Shown here: positions 39,442-51,365 of the stretch, one piece after another
Position numbering within the stretch: position 1 is the stretch's first letter
Layout: each line of letters begins with the position of its first letter
NCBI RefSeq assembly: GCF_000143415.4
Contig: NW_003314261.1
Location: 5,234,360 to 5,298,359, forward strand
DNA from: Selaginella moellendorffii
Lineage: Eukaryota > Plantae > Lycopodiophyta
Reading direction: 5' to 3'
DNA length: 64,000 nt
The notes under the pieces: generated by a model
Databases searched by the model: none
Told to the model about the DNA's origin: nothing
The model's input: only the letters and a program-made list of their open reading frames with translations
Translations under genes and position numbers: made by a program

Positions 39442-39725
39442 AGGTATCATAGGAAAAGCTTTGATCATTCTCCATCACTTTGAAACAGTTTTTCTTACTT
39501 TTGAGCTATTTCAGCTAATGTAGCAACACCGCTGCTTTCAAGGGTTTGTTAGTGCAACTTGAAGAAGAGTTTCTATCTTCAAGTTGCACTAACAAACCCT
39601 GCCACTTGTAGACCAAGAGGGTCCTCCGGTGTCATCCCTTCTGCGAGGTGGTACCTTGACACCATCGTTCATGTATGGATTCGAAATTCATGCACACTAT
39701 GCCTGAATGCCACGCGAGTTCCCGG

Positions 39726-39733
39726 TATAAAAG
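39726..39733 (+). promoter_or_regulatory. TATA box of ARD
   Basis: TATAAAAG about 45 nt upstream of ATG 39774, followed by a pyrimidine-rich leader. Confidence 0.55.
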
Positions 39734-39773
39734 ACGTCCAGCTCTCTACTTCTCCTTCACTCAACCTCAGTCC

Positions 39774-40770
39774 ATGGCAGCAGCAAGTGTTCACTCCGAG
39801 GTATGTGGGAGATGACGCAAGATGATTCCTTCTTAGTAGAGTTAGTATAGCTTGATTCTCCTTAGCCGAGACTGATCGTTGGCTGCCTGCCTTTTGCATG
39901 CTTGGCAGACAGGAGTGGAAGCATGGGAGTACAGTCCGAGCATGCTAGACGAGGGGGATGATCCGAGGCTTCCACACAGACGCGTTCCAAATTGCCCAGT
40001 CCCACTCGCGCACCTCCATGGTACCCGCTTGTTCTGCTCTCTATCTAGCTAGACTGTTTTTTGCTTAACGTGTAGCTCCAAATGCACTTGCAGAGCTTGG
40101 CGTCTTGACTTGGAAGCTCGACCTTGAAGCCACTTCTCTGCTGGAACAGATTCGAAGTGAACGCGGCTATCTCTACTCGGTGAGTGAGCTTGGAAGGGTG
40201 TGTTTAAAGTTGACAGGGAAACTTGCTTGTGGTCCAGGAGGTGCTCACTCTCTGTCGTGAAAGTACGCAAGATTTCGATGCTAAAGTCCAAGGCTTCTTC
40301 AAGGAACACACGCATTCGCAGGAGGAAGTGAGGTTCATCTTGGATGGGAGTGGTACAGTTTTCTCAATTTCTTTTCCTTCTAGATTCAAATTCTACCTAT
40401 TTTGTCTGCTTCTTCAGGTTATTGGGATATTCGAGACTTTGATGGCAAATGGATCCGGTTTGCTGTTGGCAAAGGGGATATGATCGTTCTTCCCGCGGGT
40501 ATGTCTCACAGGTTCACGCTAGACGCGAAAAACTACATCAAGGCAAGTCAATCAGAGTCGAGAAAATAAAAAACTCTTACGAATTTTTACGTTCTCTCTG
40601 TTTCCAGGCTTTACTACTTTACACCCAATATCCACATAGAACGCAGCATGACAAAGCGATCGTCCATAAACACAAGAACAATCTTGCGGACAATCCTGCT
40701 GCAAGGTAGCGTACTCGCTTCTCTTTTTCCTCGCCATTATAGCTGGATTCTTCCTCACAGGGACGAGTGA
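39774..40770 (+). CDS. ARD: Acireductone dioxygenase (methionine salvage); includes GC-AG intron 40543-40607
   Basis: VEAW...DPRLPH...LGV..WKL...RGY...[26 protein letters not shown]...[17 protein letters not shown] (cupin HxH-E-H metal ligands). Confidence 0.9.
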
Positions 40771-40896
40771 GACTGAGAAAATAGGAGTCAAAAGCGCAAT
40801 CTCTGTCAATCACGATCTTTGGCCGCTTCCTCTCTCTCTCTCTGACTACGGATCAGACGACGTCAATCAAAACGCTAGAAGAAAAATGGTATGTCA

Positions 40897-42159
40897 TCAA
40901 TTCGATCTCGGTCTCTTGTTCTCGGGCTCTTGCTGGTTTTGACTTTGGACACTTTGGTGAATTTGGTGGTGCTGCTGCTGCGGCTGGAGTGGAAAATTGA
41001 GAAGAGCTCGCGCGCCCCTCATCTTAAACGCCGCTCGATCGTAGGCCCGAGCAGCCTGCTCGGCGGTATCAAACGTCCCCAGCCAGATCCGCGCGCCCTG
41101 CCGCATCGAGTCTCTAATCTCCGCCGCAAACTTTCCCCACGGCCTCTGCCTCACCCCGCGGTAGTGCTGCCTTTTGAAAGAAGCCGCCGGCATTGCCGCA
41201 GTACCGCGCGTCTCGGACTGTGTCAGCAGCGGTATCGCGCAATGTGCCGGCTGTGCCGCGTAGTGTACCGTGGGTACCGCGCGGTTGGCAACGCACTGTG
41301 GTAGCTGTGCCGCGCGGTGTACTACCGCTACTGCCGGCGGCATGGGCGTCACGATCTCGGGCTTGACGGCGTCGGCGATCTCGGGCTCTTTCCTTTGCTT
41401 GGGCGTGAGCGGCTGCCATCCAGTCCGCGCGGCCTCCTTGAGCAGCCCGTAGAGAATCATGTCCTCGGAGTCGTTCTCGTTGAAATCCGAGAGGCCGCCG
41501 AGCACTGGGCTGGAAGCCATCGCCATGGCCGCGGCGATGGGGGCCGAGGTGGAGGAGCAAGAGGAAGTAGAAGGGGGCGGCGTGCTACACACTCTCTTGG
41601 AGATCCCCCAGGGGCTGTGGATGCTGCTGCTGGGATTGGAGGCAGCGGCGAAGGAGAGATCGAGCGGGAGGAGCGCAGGCCGCTTCTTCTTCCCGGGGAG
41701 GATATTGGTGGAATCGCTGGAAGAATCCGGGGAGAGGACCGCCGAGGATGGAGAAGAGGAAGGCGAGGAGGAAGAAATGTGTGTCATCAGCCGAAGAGCG
41801 CTCTTGTTGCCGCTGGCGGCCTCCTGGCTAAAGACGCCCCCAATCGCCTCGCGGAATCGATCCGAGCCGACACGATCGCGGAGCTTCTGCGCGATCCGGA
41901 TGCTCTTCCTGCCCGAATTGCTGGAGATCCCGCCCGATCTGGCCGACCCAATGGGGGAATCCGTGAGCTGGGATGTGGGCGATGGCTGGATGTGCGAATC
42001 CTCGGCCTGATCGGCCTCGCCCAGCACCAGAGACGATGACACGAAGCTGTCCACTTCCAGGAGCGTCTTCTCGTCCTGATCCTCGCAATCGATCGCTACC
42101 TCCTCCGAGTAGAAACAGAGCGACGGGCTTCCAAAAGGAACTAGCTCTTCCTCGTCCAT
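40897..42159 (-). CDS. AP2/ERF transcription factor, group IX-like
   Basis: AP2 domain [19 protein letters not shown]...[32 protein letters not shown], and [12 protein letters not shown] motif. Intronless. Confidence 0.92.
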   Translation of the reverse strand: MDEEELVPFGSPSLCFYSEEVAIDCEDQDEKTLLEVDSFVSSSLVLGEADQAEDSHIQPSPTSQLTDSPIGSARSGGISSNSGRKSIRIAQKLRDRVGSDRFREAIGGVFSQEAASGNKSALRLMTHISSSSPSSSPSSAVLSPDSSSDSTNILPGKKKRPALLPLDLSFAAASNPSSSIHSPWGISKRVCSTPPPSTSSCSSTSAPIAAAMAMASSPVLGGLSDFNENDSEDMILYGLLKEAARTGWQPLTPKQRKEPEIADAVKPEIVTPMPPAVAVVHRAAQLPQCVANRAVPTVHYAAQPAHCAIPLLTQSETRGTAAMPAASFKRQHYRGVRQRPWGKFAAEIRDSMRQGARIWLGTFDTAEQAARAYDRAAFKMRGARALLNFPLQPQQQHHQIHQSVQSQNQQEPENKRPRSN

Positions 42160-43557
42160 GGAGTGGATCTCCTTTTCCTCTTGCAGCTAGCAGTCAAGCC
42201 CCACTATCAAATTCTATCTTCGCGTTGACACATTCGCTGCCGATTTCTCCAATTTCACTCTGGTCCTTCCTTCCACGCGACGGATCGATCGCACAAAGAG
42301 AAGAGAAGAAAATGGAAGAAGGAAGGGGAAGATGCAAAGCAAGTGGACTCAAAGCCTGGGCAATGACCTCTTCTTTTTCCTCTCCACGGCCATCATCGCG
42401 TGACGTGTCCTCATCCCGGGGCCGATGCCGGGCATATTCGCCACGCACACTCTCTCAGAAGCGCTGCCAGAAGCTGCCGCGAAGCTCGGGATGCTTCCAC
42501 AGAACCTTCCTCGGCCCGGGAGCATATGCTTGCTTTGCTCACGCGACGTAGAAGAATATGCTCTGGTAGAGGAGGAAATTTCAAAGGTCGTGTGTGTGGG
42601 CTCAATGCGAGACCTTTTACCATCTGCTAGCTTTTGTTTCGCAAGGCCACCATTTCCAGCGAAATTTCCTGTTTATCGAAACGTGCCAGGGTCCGTGGGG
42701 TCGATTTGGGTGGATGCTTCCTTGTCTTGCACGTGATTCCACGAAACATCACTCCAAAAACCATTGTCACGATTTGGTCCATCGATTGATCGATCTCGGC
42801 CAAAAAGCCTACGAGCTAAAGCTCCTACAGCAACAAAAAGACATGATTTTCCCAATGGCATCCGCCAAAACAACAGTGATCATGGAGAAATCCACTACAA
42901 ACTCAAGGGACATTGGGTTGGAGTTCCAATATCAAAGCAAAGTAAAGCTCCAAACTTTAGACACTTACCAACAGATTTGTTTTAATATTTCTTGGCCCGA
43001 TCGAAACGGCAGGTCGCTTTTATGTTTCCTTGTCTTCTTTTTTTTTTTTGTTCTTTCATTTTTGGCAGAACGAGCTCCCTGCCACGTACAGTCTCCGCCG
43101 TGTCGTCTCGGCTTGCTCTTCACACAATCTGCCGTTTCTGGAGCCGATCAGCTGATGATACGTTTCGTTGCGTGTTTGTGATTTATCCCAGGTTTTCATA
43201 GTGCAAAAGCAAACTTGCGCACTGTTTCCTGGAAGTGACAAAGTAGGAAAAGTCCACCTTTCACATTGGTGGACTCCAATGTAAATCGCTTTACTTATGA
43301 CTTCCACTCGCGAGTGGTCATTGATCCTCGCTTCAAGTTTAGGTTTCGTGTGTTATTCTGGGAGACGAATGGAACTGTACCTTCTCAAGGACACAAATTA
43401 ACAATTGCGCTAGACAGGGGTCGAACCTGTGACATTCTGCTCCGGAAACAGACGCTCTATCGACTGAGCTACAAGCGCTTTCCTTACAGTTTTATTTTAT
43501 ATTGGAATATGCGGCATCGAATCAATTTATTGACCCGGGAATTAGGATTCTTGAGGA

Positions 43558-45313
43558 ATGGTGGATCTGAGGCGATGGCGCCTCGAGGCGCTGCAGCAAA
43601 TGCGGCTTGCGCTGCCGATGATGGGTGTTAATCTCATGCAGTTCGCCATCCAGATCACGTCCGTGATGCTCGTCGGCCATCTCGGCGAGCTCCAGCTCTC
43701 GAGCGCCTCCATCGCGACATCGCTGTGCACGGTCACCGGCTACAGTCTCTTGGTGAGTCCCTGACGCAAGATTTCGAGGCAGAATTGAGCAGTGAAGCAT
43801 CCGGATCGTGGTCTCTTTGTAGCAAGGCCTTGCCACCGGCCTTGAGACCCTGTGCGGCCAGGCGTTTGGAGCCAAGCAATACCACAAGGTCGGCCTCTAC
43901 TTGTATCGAGCAGTGCTGGTTCTTCTCGCCGTCGCGATTCCAGTGGCAGTGCTATGGCTCAACATGGAACGTTTCCTCCTCGTCCTCCATCAGGCTCCAG
44001 ACATATCGTCCAGCGCTGGAATCTACGCGCGATGGCTCGTCCCGGGGCTCTTCGCATTTGGCTTCCTCCAGCCACTCATCAAGTTTCTCCAAGCGCAGAG
44101 CTTCGTGCTTCCGATGTTCTTGTGCTCGTCGGTGACTTTGGTGGTCCACGTTTCGATCTGCTGGGTGTTCATATACAAGGTTGGTATGGGAAACGCTGGA
44201 GCAGCACTGGCGACGAGTGTTTCCAACTGGATCAACGTCTTCTTCCTCGCCGGAGTGGCGCTGCTCACTCCCCGGTGTCGCAAGTGTTTGCCAGAGTTAT
44301 CCATGGAGGTTTTCGAGCATGTTTTCGAATTTTTGAAGTTGGCAGTGCCTTCTACGCTCATGTTCTGGTAAGTATTTTCTTGTTTCTTTTATTCGTTTAA
44401 CTCTGCATTGTTCCCAGCTTGGAGTGGTGGTCGTTTGAGTCCCTCGTTTTGCTCTCAGGCGTTCTTCCCAATCCCAAGCTTGAGACGTCTGTGTTCTCCA
44501 TCATGTCAGTAAAAAACTTTTCCTTCCTGTTAGCTCACTTTTCTTTTCCAGGCTAAACATCATCAACTTCTGCTACATGGTTCCTTATGGTATCAGTGCA
44601 GCAGCAAGGTATTCAGCGATTTGCTCAGTTACTCTCTTTGGCAAACTTTCGATCTCTGCAGTACTCGCATTTCCAACGAGCTCGGTGCCGGGCATCCATT
44701 TGAAGCTCGGCTCTCGCAGGGCGTTTCTTTCGGCCTGGCTGCCATTGACGCAGTGTTTGTGTCAACCCTCTTGTTTTGCCTCCGTGACGTTCTTGGCCGG
44801 GCTTTCAGCAATGAGGCAGAAGTGGTCGGCCATGTTTCGCGAATGATTCCAATTCTTGCTGCAATGACCGTCATGGATGCATTTGCCGGAGTTGTATCGG
44901 GTAACTCGAACTTTTTTTTTGTTTTGTTTTATGTTTCTAGCTAAACAATTGTTTTGCAAGGTTCTGCTAGAGGGTGTGGTTGGCAGATGCTTGCAACAAT
45001 TGCAAACTTGGGAGCCTTTTACGTTGTTGGTTTGCCTGTAGGATGTATCCTAGCATTTGTCGTTGGTCTCGGTGGGAAGGTAACTCAATCTTTGGCCTTG
45101 GGACTGATGCCTGTTGCATTACACAGGGACTTTTGATTGGAGTTCTCTCGGGAGTGTCAACGCAAGCTGCAGTTCTGTCTGTAATAGCCCTCTCCACAAA
45201 CTGGGCAAAGCAGGTGGACACTCTCACGAGTGGTTTGCTTACCAAATGTGATTATACAGGCACAAGCAGCGATGATTCGTGTGGACTCCGAGACAATCCC
45301 ACTCCTTTGCTAA
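43558..45313 (+). CDS. MATE (DTX) efflux transporter
   Basis: LALPM...[75 protein letters not shown] introns. Confidence 0.9.
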
Positions 45314-45319
45314 GTTTCT

Positions 45320-45566
45320 AGCTTTGTCTTTTGGCCATTTTGAAAAGTCGTCTTTGATAGCTTTGCCTTTGAGTTTGTCGCTTTGGCGCTGGGACTGTCG
45401 CTGCTGCCAGCTCTTCCACCACTGCCGCCAGCTCTTCCGCCTCCTCCCTGGCTGCCGCTGTGTCCAGCTTCTGCATTCCTTGCCATGATCTGCGCACAAA
45501 CTATAAGTGCATCACGAGCAGGGATGAACTTGGAAAAAATCTCAAGTCTCTTGACATGGATCCCAC
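45320..45566 (-). pseudogene. 3' fragment of family-A trypsin-fold/Gly-tail gene
   Basis: GIHVKRLEIFSKFIPARDALIVCAQIMARNAE...GGGGRAGG matches 55414-55600; the 5' part is missing. Confidence 0.75.
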
Positions 45567-45569
45567 CAT

Positions 45570-46740
45570 CCATTCTTGTTGCAGTCAAGGCGTTTGGCGT
45601 CAAAGCGACTGTCCAGGTTAGTAGTTTCGCCTTTTTCTCTCTCTCTCTTGAGCTTTCGTTCTTTCTTTACGACTTGCATTGCAAGCATTCGTCACCGCAC
45701 GCGTTACATTTTGACATGACACTCCTGCGTAGCTTTTGCGTTTGTCCAGGTTTGCAACAAAGGATCTTTACCTTTTTACGGACTCTTGTCAGGGCGACAG
45801 GCCTCAAGAAGAAAGAGCTCATGGGGAAGTCTGCCCATACTTGAGGCTGGTCCTCGGTGAAGGACCGTTTGCCAATCCAGAATGGAACGAAACCTTTCAT
45901 GTTCTGGATCCAGAATGTCTTACGAGGTACGTGGTTCTACTACAAGCATTTCAACGAACTTAAATGGGCTTCCACGCGGACCCATGCTTATGCAAGATCA
46001 TGGTGTCTCTAATGGAAAAGGTTTGTTTCTTTTTCTTTTCTCCCATTCATGTGGATTTTGGTTTGAAACTTCTCGGTGGCGACTTAATGGCAATTCCATG
46101 GCTTATGGATCTTTGTACTGACAAAGCTGACTTCGCAGGACCTGATCAAGGATTACTTGTGGCCCAGAACAATGGAACCAACGTCCTAGACGATCCGAGG
46201 TAAGACTTAACTCCTGGAAGTCATTCGTATACTCATGAATGCCTTTCAGCCACCTGTTGGAATGCTGGAAGTGAAGGCTGTCAGGGCGACTGGCCTCAGG
46301 GAAAAAGACTGACTCATATGCAAGGCTGGCCCGTGTTTGCCAAGAAGAAAACGACCGTGAAAATGAACAAGAAGAAGACAAGGTTCTATCTATAAGCACA
46401 ATAGCAACCTTAAATTGGCTTGAAGACAATTGAAGCCTCGTGACTCACACAGCGTCGAAAAAGCTCCCGAAGGACGTGGTTTGCCTGTCCATGGTGTCGA
46501 AGACTTGGAAAGCAAGCATCACAAGAAACCGTACGTGAGGCTCGCATTTAGCAAAGGAAACCAAGGTAAGTAGTGTCCCGTTGATTTGGTGTTTTATCCT
46601 TCTCTGGTTTGTTCGCGCGTTTCAGGCTATAAAGAAGATCCTGGAGTTCCAGTACCTTGTAGCGGAGCACCAGTGGGCGAGTGGAAAGCAATGGGAAATG
46701 GATACCACCTGCTTGTCTATATGCTGTTTTGATAGTGTTG
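45570..46740 (+). pseudogene. Synaptotagmin (plant SYT1-like) pseudogene fragments
   Basis: VAVKAFGVKATVQV, VSLMEK/HVDFGLKLLGGDLMAIP, VRATGLKKKELMGKS, NPEWNETF, VHGVEDLESKHH. Frameshifted and internally duplicated. Confidence 0.8.
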
Positions 46741-46769
46741 CGGAGCCCAACTTGAAGCATGAGACTGAT

Positions 46770-47420
46770 GTTCATTTTCATGGTCGTTTTCTTCTTGACA
46801 AACGGTCCTTCACGAATGACCAGCCTCGCGTATGGGTCAGACTTCCCCACGAGGTCCTCCTTCCCGTCGCTTTGACAACCTTGACTTCCTGCATTTCAAC
46901 AGCCCTCTGAGAGGAGTATATGTATGACTTTTGTCTGTCTTCCAGTAGTCTATGACGTTAATTTCCGGGCCACAAGTACATTTCTTATTCCTTGATCAGG
47001 TGAGCTGTGTCAGTCAGTGCAAAGGTGAAAGTTGTTCCATGTAAAACCTGGACAAACGCACAAGGCATTAAGTCGCCACCGGGAAGTCTCAAACCAAAAT
47101 CTAAAGCAAACCTTTTCCATTAAAGAGACTATGATCTAGAATGCGCCAACAACGGGCTCCAACGACGCGTGTGGTGGCAAATACTTGCAAGTCTACAACC
47201 TGAAGAAAAAACTAAAAAACCAGACGCTCGACGAGGAGAAAGAAAAAGCGCTGTAACTACCAACCTGGACAGTCGCTCTGAGACCAAACGCCTTGATAGC
47301 AGCAAGAATATTTCTGGATAATCATCTCCTTTGATGCCTGCGAGAAGAAGTTGTATACAAGAACAAAGAAAAAACGTTACCTACAAACGTCGGCGACAGC
47401 GCGCAATGTCAAGGCCTCGA
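46770..47420 (-). pseudogene. Synaptotagmin pseudogene fragment (inverted)
   Basis: GKSDPYARL...KKKTT C2A remnants and SMP-region remnants on the minus strand. Confidence 0.75.
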
Positions 47421-47572
47421 ACTGTAGCGAATGATCACGAATGATTTCCAAGTCAGCCACTCCACCTGGCATAGGAAAATGCGACCCAAGAATCGCAGAA
47501 AGCCCAGAGAGGAATCTCGCGAGCCAAGCGATCAGCGATGAGAAAATCTAGCTGGAGTTAACCCTAATCATA

Positions 47573-48642
47573 ATGGCTTCGAGCGGTGAGATAGCGAGGC
47601 GCTATGGAAGATTTGAGGCGGATGCCGATTTTCGTGATGCTCGAGCAGCGCTAGGGCGGCTGTTCATCCAGAATGGCTCGCTCTCTTCTGTTACAACCAT
47701 CGCTACCGTGGTTATGGTAGCACCAAGGTGAAAGATTCGTGTTTTGGTGTTGGAAGTTTCTCCTTTCTCGCTCTCGCTTCACGGTGTTGTGTCACTTGCT
47801 CCGCTCGAAGGCTACGACCTCCGTCGCTTGCAATGGCTGGTTCACTATCCCACTCAAAGGGAGATAAGGGAGGCGAGTTTCATCGACGTGGACCGTGCGT
47901 GCGAGGTAGCAATGCTCGAGATCGAGAAGAACTACACGGAGTTTCCGCTGGAGATACCCTTTCTACGGAGTAGCGGGGAGCTCTTACGCCTGGGGTCTCG
48001 TGTCCATTTCCTGGGCTATGTTGAGGGGGTGGACAGGGAGTATGATGCATGCAGAGGAGGAGGCTCGAAGAAGGCGGAGACTGAAAAGATCCCGGCTTTC
48101 CATGATGTTCTCACGGTGGGAACTACACTCCCAGGAGGGTTTTGTGTAGGTAAGAGTAGTTTGGGCTGTCATTGATAGTTCCTATCATTAACAGTTTCTT
48201 TCTAGCTTCTTATTGTGGAGACAATCGCGGAGGCGTCATTTTCACCATCGATCCCCTCATGAAGCCCACGCTCCAGCTGATTGGGTTTCATATCAACAAC
48301 ATTGGGATGTTATGTAAATTCATCCCCGAGCGCCTTGCGTTCAATGGAGGAGGAGGTGGTGGCAGCGGTGGAAGAGGAGGTGGTGGCGGCGGCGACCGCG
48401 GACGCGGTGGCCATAGGGGAGGCAAAGGTAGAGCCGTGCCGCTGCCGCGAGCGCTGCCGCGCGGAGGTGGTGGCACCGGTGGCAGCGGACGGGGTGGCCG
48501 TAGGGGTAGAGCTGTGCCGCTGCCGCAAGCGCTTCCGCGTGGAGGTGGTGGCAGCGGAGGTGGAGACCAAGGAAGCGGCAGTGGCACCGGCAGTGGCACC
48601 CGAGGAGGCAACAAAGCCAAAGGCAAAGAAAAAGTGGTGTGA
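47573..48642 (+). CDS. Orphan family A copy 1: trypsin-like fold (predicted inactive) + Gly/RGG tail; possibly pseudogene
   Basis: ASFIDVDRACEVAMLEI...PFLRSSGELLRLGSRVHFLGY...GDNRGGVIF...LIGFH echoes the HtrA/DegP peptidase pattern. Paralogue at 54712. The first-intron acceptor appears deleted. Confidence 0.55.
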
Positions 48643-48841
48643 AAACTGTGCGAAGGGAAACCATTGCGACTCTTGTGAAAAGAGCCAAGGCCTAATCCTA
48701 ATTCCCGCAAACTCCCTCGCTCTTGCTGCACAACGGGCCGCTTCTCGATATCCACCCTCGGCAGGCCATCACAGACTCGCAAGTTTTCAAGAAATCTACA
48801 AGTTTGCCACGGAGAATTTGAAAAAACAAAGAAAAATACGC

Positions 48842-50206
48842 TTATGCGTGCCTGCGCCAATGGATGACGTTTTGCTCGTTGGAGCTTGAAGGCTCAAACT
48901 CTGTCAAGAAAACAAAAGAAAAACTTAGAGAGTTCAATCCACTGATCTTCTTACCTTTTAGAGGATGAGCTTTCGTCCAATCGTACCAAACAGTCGTCAA
49001 ACCATCAATGTCCAAACACGCGACATAAACGACAGCCTTGCGGTGCACGAATCCAGCCTCGAGAGCTACAGTTAGACAGTTTCAGTTAGACAGTTTCAAT
49101 CGCCAAGCATCCAAACCTTTCCCAAAGTCGGGATCCTCCTTGACTCGGTTTTGGAACTGGTCGCGGATGGCAGTCTCGTCGAGCCTCCTCTCTCCATTCT
49201 TCTTCTTCTTCTTCGTCGGTCGAGTATCACGAGCCGGGATCTCCTCGAATTCCACCACCACTCCGCCAAGATGTCCTGCATCGTCAAGGACAGGAGCACC
49301 CACCTCCACCGTGCTCTCCACCGGAAGCATCACCATGTGGTAAGGCTCGAACTGATAAATTGGAAGGCTTGGGTCCTCGATGAAGATGCCCGCCACGCAC
49401 TTGACGTCCCCGGACTGTGGGTCGCGCTTCCAGCTGTAGGCATGATCCGACTTGCAAATCGAGTCATTCCAGTTGATGCAATAGTTGAAGCTGACAGGTT
49501 TGGCCGGCGTCAGGATGGCGATCTCGACCTCTTCCTCGTAAGTCACCACGCACTCGTACTCCAGTGGTGGATCCGAGAACACCAGCACGTACTTGCCAGA
49601 GGTGGAGCTACGGTTACAGCACACGGCGGCGGTGAAGCAAGAGCCATCGGGCTTCACCAAGGCGGCCAGGCCCTTGTAGTTGTCATCGCTCGGCTCGTCG
49701 TCACCCTCCACAAAGTGCAAGCGAGCCACCATCTTGGAGACCCGGGACTGCATCACGTTGCAAACTTGCTCTGGTTTCGTGACGGTGAGCTCCAGCTCCT
49801 TGACATACGACCACAGGCCCTCGACGTTGCTCCGGTACGCCTCCAACTGCCTCGACCTCGCAACCTCGGCTCTTTGCTTCTTGGCCACGAGATTCTCCTC
49901 GTCGCGCTGCCGGATGTGATCCTGGACGGCGGGGTGATCAGCAGAGCGGCGTCGGCCCGTGATGACGAGCGCTTGCTCGTGGCTGCTACCGTCACCCAGG
50001 TCGGGCTGGTCCTGGAGCAACGCGGCAATGGCGTCAAGGGAGAGCACCGAGTTGCCGTCGGCACCTGGGACTAGAGCGCAGTTGCCAATGCGGAGGGAGT
50101 CCGGGTCCAGGCCCCAGTGACGAGCGATGGAGCTTACCATGAGTTTGGAGCCTATGAGTGGGAAGCGCAGCGCCTCGTCACCCCGCTTCACCCACACCAC
50201 CGCCAT
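48842..50206 (-). CDS. Orphan family B copy 1: Ubl-like header + coiled coil + trypsin-like fold (predicted inactive); introns 49066-49116, 48901-48954
   Basis: 374-aa ORF conserved with copy 2. VVWVKRG...GSSHEQALVITG header; LVKPDGSCFTAA, EIAIL, VGAPVLDDAGHLGGVV. Spliced C-terminal exons are conserved in both copies. Confidence 0.75.
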
Positions 50207-51365
50207 AGCTCCGCTTGACCTAATACGGAATACGTAGAAAAAAGCGTTTCGACTCTCTTCCCATGAAGATTTTCCTTTTCAGATGCTATCAGTTATAAGT
50301 TTTTACACAACAATGGATGCTGCTCTACATCTACGTGCTCTACTCCCCGGACTGCAGCACAATGTCATCTTTGGTACCGTTCCGGCCCCAGTCGTCCGAC
50401 CGGAGTGGGGGGTGCTCACTCGTCGCACGGCATGCCGCTCGAAGGCGTGTTTGCGATTCTCAGTTTCGCTTCGTCCTCTGTTTGGATTCGAGCTCCACCA
50501 TTTGTTCCAGACGCTGCTCCAGACGCTGCTGTACAAGTAATAGCTCGCTGGTGCATCATCACAACTGATCACTGGTGGCAGCGTTTTGCCTGCGTTTTGC
50601 TGAAACTTTTGCGGCAGGCAGGGTCAGTGCTCTCCCGGTGAATCCTCAGTTCCACGCTGGTGGAGGCGTTGAGAGCGGCGCTCTTGTCGCCAAGTACTGA
50701 CAAGAGGCTGTGTGAGCACACGGGATGTGCGGTGGCTTCCAATCTCCCGCAAGAGGGCGGCCCTGTTAAGCGGCGCTGGCGAGCTTCCCCTGGAACAAGT
50801 GCCGCCTCCTTCCCCTCGTCCCGTGCAGCATCGCCAGGGATCTGGGCATCCGCTGGGCGATCCACGCTCGCGTCCTTCACACCACAGCGTGGTTCAATCC
50901 TCGCCTTCAATGCGGTTGTGCGCGGTCGTAGTGAGAAAGAGCGCGTTCAAAGATACAAGAGGAGTGGAGTTTTTATAAGTGGTGGGCGGGGCGCTTGATT
51001 GATGCTCGAGATCAAGATGCGTCGGAGTTGCAAGAGCCATAGAAACTTTACCTTGGGAATTTAGCTTGGGAAGAGAAAAAAAAAAAAGATGCAAGATGCG
51101 AGTTGCTATTCCTCTTCCTTCTCCCTCTCGAAATCTTTGCAAAAACGAAAGAACAAGCAAAGCATGAATATCCCAAAAACGATTCTTTGCAAGAAGATGC
51201 CGAATATTCCTTTTCGGCGCGAACAAAAACTTCCAGTTCTCCAAGCTTTGGATTCAGCTCCAAAACACTCCTATCTTATACTAGCTAAAGATTTTACGTA
51301 GCCTGAATGGAGGTCTTCCTCGTTGATAGATCTCCAAAAACCTTGACAGTGCTACACCTCTTACT

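Noticed and set aside
42594-43181. 195-aa ORF partly shared with 57805-58191
   Set aside because: Similarity follows from the inverted duplication. The ends differ and no domain or gene structure is recognisable.
45570-47420. Functional synaptotagmin gene
   Set aside because: Exons are duplicated, out of order and frameshifted, and the N-terminal TM region is missing.
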